This document shows positions 55,302 through 59,539 of a stretch of DNA of 59,539 bases, piece after piece. Positions within the stretch are counted from its first letter, which is position 1, and each line of letters starts with the position of its first letter. The notes below the pieces were generated by a model that worked only from the letters and a program-made list of their open reading frames with translations, searched no databases and was not told the origin of the DNA. The translations under genes and the position numbers were made by a program. Source of the DNA: a virus (lineage: Duplodnaviria; Caudoviricetes); IMG/VR virus record IMGVR_UViG_3300021092_000047, positions 1-59,539 of that record; one strand, given 5' to 3'.

Positions 55302-56221
55302 AAATTTGGGTTGTCAACACATGCCTCTAATTTGACAACTAGTTGATTGAATTTGTTACAGGTATGAGTAACCGTTCTTTGTAAATGTTCGGTTTTCAAA
55401 ACATTTGTCAGTATGAAATCTTGGATCTGTAGCAACAACGTCGGAACATCAGGATTTGCAGCATCAGGTTCCTTAAAAACACCAGCATCACGCAAGTGCT
55501 TTTCCCAGTAGCTGTTAGCCTCTGGATGTGTTTCAGGTGTCAAACCTTCCGGAAGTTTGATCTGCATAGCAGTTTGCGCAGATGACATAGAAGTCAACTG
55601 AAGATAAAGCCGCAAGCGGTTTAGATACTCGTAATAGTCAACGGCGGTAGATATCAGTCCTGCCTTTTGAGCACGAAACGTTTCCTGGTATAGCGCATCA
55701 ATTTCTCGAATTGTTAGCGTTCGGAAAGTCAGACGTAAGTGTCCGCCAAAAATTGCAAATCGCTTGCTGAACACTTTTTGACCTAACACCGCCTGGAGAA
55801 ATGCAATCTTGTCTTGGTGTTCCGGCTCCGGAATAGTTGGGCGTTCTTGATCCCAGCCGCACTGTACGCAAATCTGCCGTAAAGTCCCTGGCTTCAGCTC
55901 TTGAGCCGCGGCTTCACCTTCGTCCGCTTGTTGCGGCTGTTCCGGGGCAGGTGGCGGTTCAAACTCAGGTTGAATTGTTTCTTCAAAGTTAGGAATGTTA
56001 TTGTCACCTACCGGCAATACCGGCGCAGGAGTAGGCTCTAGCGATACCTCAGCTACCGGTTCCACTACAACAGCCTGACCTTTGAATTCTACTTTAGTGT
56101 CAGGTTGCGGTGGCTTGATATGACCAAGCTCAATAAGCAAGTCCTCCAGCGTTTTGCCTTTCGCTTGCGCAATTTCTGCGAGAAGATTTTTTTCCTCGTC
56201 AGTTATTTTGTTTAGATCCAT
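55274..56221 (-). CDS. tail assembly chaperone (gpG-like)
   Basis: AAGGA RBS; LTFRTLT..EID motif; position before tape measure. Confidence 0.6.
   Translation of the reverse strand: MDLNKITDEEKNLLAEIAQAKGKTLEDLLIELGHIKPPQPDTKVEFKGQAVVVEPVAEVSLEPTPAPVLPVGDNNIPNFEETIQPEFEPPPAPEQPQQADEGEAAAQELKPGTLRQICVQCGWDQERPTIPEPEHQDKIAFLQAVLGQKVFSKRFAIFGGHLRLTFRTLTIREIDALYQETFRAQKAGLISTAVDYYEYLNRLRLYLQLTSMSSAQTAMQIKLPEGLTPETHPEANSYWEKHLRDAGVFKEPDAANPDVPTLLLQIQDFILTNVLKTEHLQRTVTHTCNKFNQLVVKLEACVDNPNFWNETEPRH
55301..55307 (-). other. -1 ribosomal frameshift heptamer A AAU UUU
   Basis: X XXY YYZ in the correct phase (CCA AAT TTT TGG) at the ORF overlap. Confidence 0.65.
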
Positions 56222-56233
56222 TCTCGTTTCCTT

Positions 56234-59083
56234 TTAAAGTGTGTAGTTGCCGTCACATACTCGTTTTTTCCAGTCTTTGAATTTAGGTTCTTCATATTCT
56301 TCACGATGACCGGATCTGCTCTTGGCTCTGTCTGGGCCGAACAACAAGAAACCATCGTATTGAAGCATCGTAGGATTATCGACCCAGTGTAACTTGCCAG
56401 GCCAAGGATAAAGTTTCTGACCCTGATACTGCACAGGCTTTTCTGTCCAGGCATGCGGCATCGCTTCGGCTAAACCTGTACGCTCTAGCTGCTGCCAACG
56501 AGACTCGAGTAGCGCAAACCCTGTCGAACCGTAAGTGTAAGCGTAGCCGCGACTAGACTCGTCGCGATAAGAAAAACCTAACTCGTTTTCAAGTAACTGA
56601 GTATTTCCTGGCTCTTTATCTTTCCAGTAAAAGTCAGGATAAAACGATGGAAACAAACCGGTGCCAATTTGCGTAATCTTATCTGAAAACGAAGCAAAAG
56701 CCGAAATAAAGGCATTAACCCCTTCTGGGATTTTAGCTGTCTGGCTGTCACCAATAGTTGGAAAGCCGCCGCGACAAGCCATAGAGCTTAGAGCAAAAAT
56801 CGCGCCTTTGGCATAAACACCTCTATCTACACCTAAGTTGCCGCCTTTAACAATACAAACATCTTTATCCATTACGGTGGGTCCGTGAATTTTAGAAAAA
56901 TCTGGACCTAAGTAATTGGATTCCGTCATCGTAATTTCGTCTTGTCCGCGAGGAGAATGCCAAAGGCCTAGTCCTTCTGTGTTAAAAAATGTGTGCCCCA
57001 ACGCATAGGACACCATACGCGAACGTCCGTTGGCACAGTCAATGACTAGGTCTCCTGTACCTTCTGCAAATTGGGGCGATGACCCTACTGGGCTTGGAGA
57101 GCCGTCTGGGCCTGGAGGGCCGTCTGGGTCTGGAGACTCCACGCCAGTCCGAATATACGCCGTTTTACTTAACAAATTAACAGAGCCACCACGGCTGAAC
57201 AGTACGATACCTGAGCCCTGTATTTCTTCACCAATTTTCTTCTTGTAATCCTGCTTAGTGCCCTTACCTTTAGACTCAATCAAGACAGTGCCTTTACCGC
57301 TGTTACCGCCGAGTACTTGCACGTTGCGTTCAGCTTTAATGCGAACATCTGCTTCGCTTGACGAAACATCAACAGATCCTTTTGCTCGAACAATTGCTTC
57401 GTGCGCCAATGTGACTACCCGGGAACCTGACATAAGCATCACGTCACCACCAGCTTCAAGCCGTATTTGTCCGCCTGCCATGGTTATTTGAGAACCGTAA
57501 CCGTCGGCAATTGTGATACTGCCGTCTTCATTCAATGTAAAAAATGAAGCAGTGTTGTAGTAATTAACATCTTGGTATCTGTCGTCAATTTTCAACTTTT
57601 GAGGTGTAACAGAGACGTAGGCTTGGCTCATATTTCCGCGGTAAAACTTGACCTCATTTAGCGGACTATCATTATCGCCTTCTTCAGGATAAGCATAGTC
57701 TTTGGTGTGGTAATAAAACGGGTGTGTACTTTTCCAGTTAAAATGCCGCGTCAGCAAGTCAATAACGCCCGCAGGACGAAGCATGTTCGGAGTTAGACTT
57801 ACAGCGGCATCGTTCCATTCAAGCACCTTGTGCTTTCGTCCAGAACCGTACAAACCACTGAAGCGGTAATCGTTCTGGACAGATAGATCGTCGCCCTTTG
57901 CATCTTCGGCTAGACGCTTACGTGTTGGGCTAGGTATTACAGGATACTTAGCAAATAAAATTTGCTTGGCGGAACGAATTCCGTAACTGCCGTCTAAAGT
58001 CAAAAATTCATTGAACAGGCCAATGTCTTTTTCTTTATCTGTGTTGGTTCGTAACCTTGGTCCATCCTCTTTCGCAGGCTTAACTAACGTACGATTAAAG
58101 CCCTGACCTAAGTACCCGGTATAATCGGATAATCGATAGACGGGAGAAATATCTTGATTTTCAAGGTCTTCTTTGGCAAACGGAAATTCTCTGTCAAGCT
58201 GTACTTTTTTTGCTTCATTTTCTTTTGTGAATTTTTCGCCAAAGCCGTACATCCCTACAGCTTCCCAAGGATAAGTCGCGTATCCTCGGAAAGAAAGAAG
58301 TTCACCTTCGTCGTACTGCTGCGTTACATGTTCGCAGTAAGATTGAATTTGAAGCGATAGACCAGCCAGCTTGGCATAACTATCAAAGTAGTTTAACCAT
58401 AAACCGCAAGCCTCGTTTGCTCGAAGATAAGCCTGAAACGAATCAATCAACAGACCGATGCCGGTCTCTGACATTCGCACATATTCACCTAATGCTCCAT
58501 CCATCGGTCGACCGCAAGACTGAGAAACCCAACCGTGAGCTGCGGCCGTTGCTTTTGGAATATTGCGGTAAGCTTCTACCTTTTTAGGTCCTGAGTTACC
58601 GCCTTGCTGTATCATGTCCGACGCGTTAAACAAGTCTGTCACAGTCGGATGCGGAAGTACTGCAATGATGTAAGCTAGCCCAGCATTTGCAGGTTTCCAA
58701 ACTAAAACAGATGAGTTTGGAGGAATAGCATCGCCTGCTTTAACCCCTAAGGGACTATGAGAATTACGCGCTGCCGCGGTAGCAATGCAAGAGCCCTGAC
58801 GACCTGTCAGTTGAATCTTGTAACAATGAATGTATGGCATCGCTAAAACAACACGACCAACACGTAACGGAGTATCCTCCGAAATGTTGGCTTGTTGCAT
58901 TGCTGCGCTGAGATGCGTATCGCTTACCTGACCCCCAGTCATTAACTGGGTCCAAGAATCCTGCGATTCATGTGCTACCATAAGGTCATGAATCTGACCT
59001 TGATCGCTTGGTAGAACGCCAAGACTGCGTTCATTATAGACCGCAGGTTTACTGTTGGCATTTGCGCCATGATTTATGCTCAT
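56234..59083 (-). CDS. gp5/VgrG-like baseplate spike protein
   Basis: N-terminal OB-fold-like GRVV...VLV, beta-helix-like ITIADGYGSQITMAGGQIRLEAGGD. Confidence 0.55.
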   Translation of the reverse strand: MSINHGANANSKPAVYNERSLGVLPSDQGQIHDLMVAHESQDSWTQLMTGGQVSDTHLSAAMQQANISEDTPLRVGRVVLAMPYIHCYKIQLTGRQGSCIATAAARNSHSPLGVKAGDAIPPNSSVLVWKPANAGLAYIIAVLPHPTVTDLFNASDMIQQGGNSGPKKVEAYRNIPKATAAAHGWVSQSCGRPMDGALGEYVRMSETGIGLLIDSFQAYLRANEACGLWLNYFDSYAKLAGLSLQIQSYCEHVTQQYDEGELLSFRGYATYPWEAVGMYGFGEKFTKENEAKKVQLDREFPFAKEDLENQDISPVYRLSDYTGYLGQGFNRTLVKPAKEDGPRLRTNTDKEKDIGLFNEFLTLDGSYGIRSAKQILFAKYPVIPSPTRKRLAEDAKGDDLSVQNDYRFSGLYGSGRKHKVLEWNDAAVSLTPNMLRPAGVIDLLTRHFNWKSTHPFYYHTKDYAYPEEGDNDSPLNEVKFYRGNMSQAYVSVTPQKLKIDDRYQDVNYYNTASFFTLNEDGSITIADGYGSQITMAGGQIRLEAGGDVMLMSGSRVVTLAHEAIVRAKGSVDVSSSEADVRIKAERNVQVLGGNSGKGTVLIESKGKGTKQDYKKKIGEEIQGSGIVLFSRGGSVNLLSKTAYIRTGVESPDPDGPPGPDGSPSPVGSSPQFAEGTGDLVIDCANGRSRMVSYALGHTFFNTEGLGLWHSPRGQDEITMTESNYLGPDFSKIHGPTVMDKDVCIVKGGNLGVDRGVYAKGAIFALSSMACRGGFPTIGDSQTAKIPEGVNAFISAFASFSDKITQIGTGLFPSFYPDFYWKDKEPGNTQLLENELGFSYRDESSRGYAYTYGSTGFALLESRWQQLERTGLAEAMPHAWTEKPVQYQGQKLYPWPGKLHWVDNPTMLQYDGFLLFGPDRAKSRSGHREEYEEPKFKDWKKRVCDGNYTL

Positions 59084-59122
59084 ATTTATCTCACCTTACG
59101 GTGCGTTTGGAGCTTTTAGCTC

Positions 59123-59160
59123 AAATAAGAAAGGCTGGCCCGGCAGGGCCGAGCCAGCCT
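59123..59160 (-). terminator. intrinsic terminator
   Basis: AGGCUGGC...GCCAGCCU stem followed by UUCUUAUUU. Confidence 0.65.
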
Positions 59161-59198
59161 CCTAAATTCCGGAATTTACTTCCAGCGTAGATTTAGCC

Positions 59199-59539
59199 TT
59201 AAGCTTTGTTGCACTTCATGTTGGCAAACATGAGCGTGATGTTTTCATTCACGATCATATCTTGCGATCCGACTGACACGCCCATGTTAGTCATCACAGC
59301 GGCTTCAATCGTGTACTTCACCGAGCTGAACGGTTCGGTGCCGACGGCGTTGGCGAGGGGCAGCTTCTTGGTCGGTCTGCCGGTGGTGCCCTGCGAACCG
59401 CAGCCACCCTGGAAGGTGAACTGCAAGTCTTGAGGCGAGCAGACGTTGCCCATCATCTCGTAGAAATCGCAAAGCGCACCGGACTGGGGTCCGAGCACGC
59501 GAGCGATGGTCGCGTTACCCTGGGTACGACCACCTACGT
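59199..59539 (-). CDS. probable tail tube protein (partial, starts outside window)
   Basis: Open frame to the window edge, C/G-ending codon bias, followed by terminator, GVSV...NENITLMF beta pattern. Confidence 0.45.
   Translation of the reverse strand, partial: VGGRTQGNATIARVLGPQSGALCDFYEMMGNVCSPQDLQFTFQGGCGSQGTTGRPTKKLPLANAVGTEPFSSVKYTIEAAVMTNMGVSVGSQDMIVNENITLMFANMKCNKA

Overview
Segment of a large contractile-tailed (myovirus-like) phage genome, almost all on the minus strand. The host is inferred to be a Planctomycete-like bacterium; this is weak evidence from the CsrA-like gene and the protease content. Left part: GpA-type terminase large subunit and a Zn-finger primase-like protein. 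About 6.5-23.5 kb: accessory region with a GP88-like protein, a DUF1257/SplB/DUF2997/AAA module and csrA. About 23.5-59.5 kb: virion morphogenesis, including a GT9+GT2 glycosyltransferase, a collagen-like fibre, five paralogous tail proteins, papain-like and matrixin proteases, baseplate J and gp25-like proteins, a sigma factor, tape measure, a frameshifted tail chaperone and a gp5/VgrG-like spike. The standout feature is an array of small-gene cassettes at 18.6-22.8 kb. These are separated by a modular RNA repeat made of a 3' hairpin module, a complete twister self-cleaving ribozyme (4 intact copies), and a terminator-like hairpin/pseudoknot with an RBS. Two large structured non-coding segments (~230 nt and ~690 nt) are associated with the array. 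One cassette lies 12 kb away (6925-7404) as a circularly permuted unit: its twister is split into halves inside a 10-bp direct repeat, the footprint expected from integration of a circular cassette. All family calls come from motif recognition by eye; no database searches were run.
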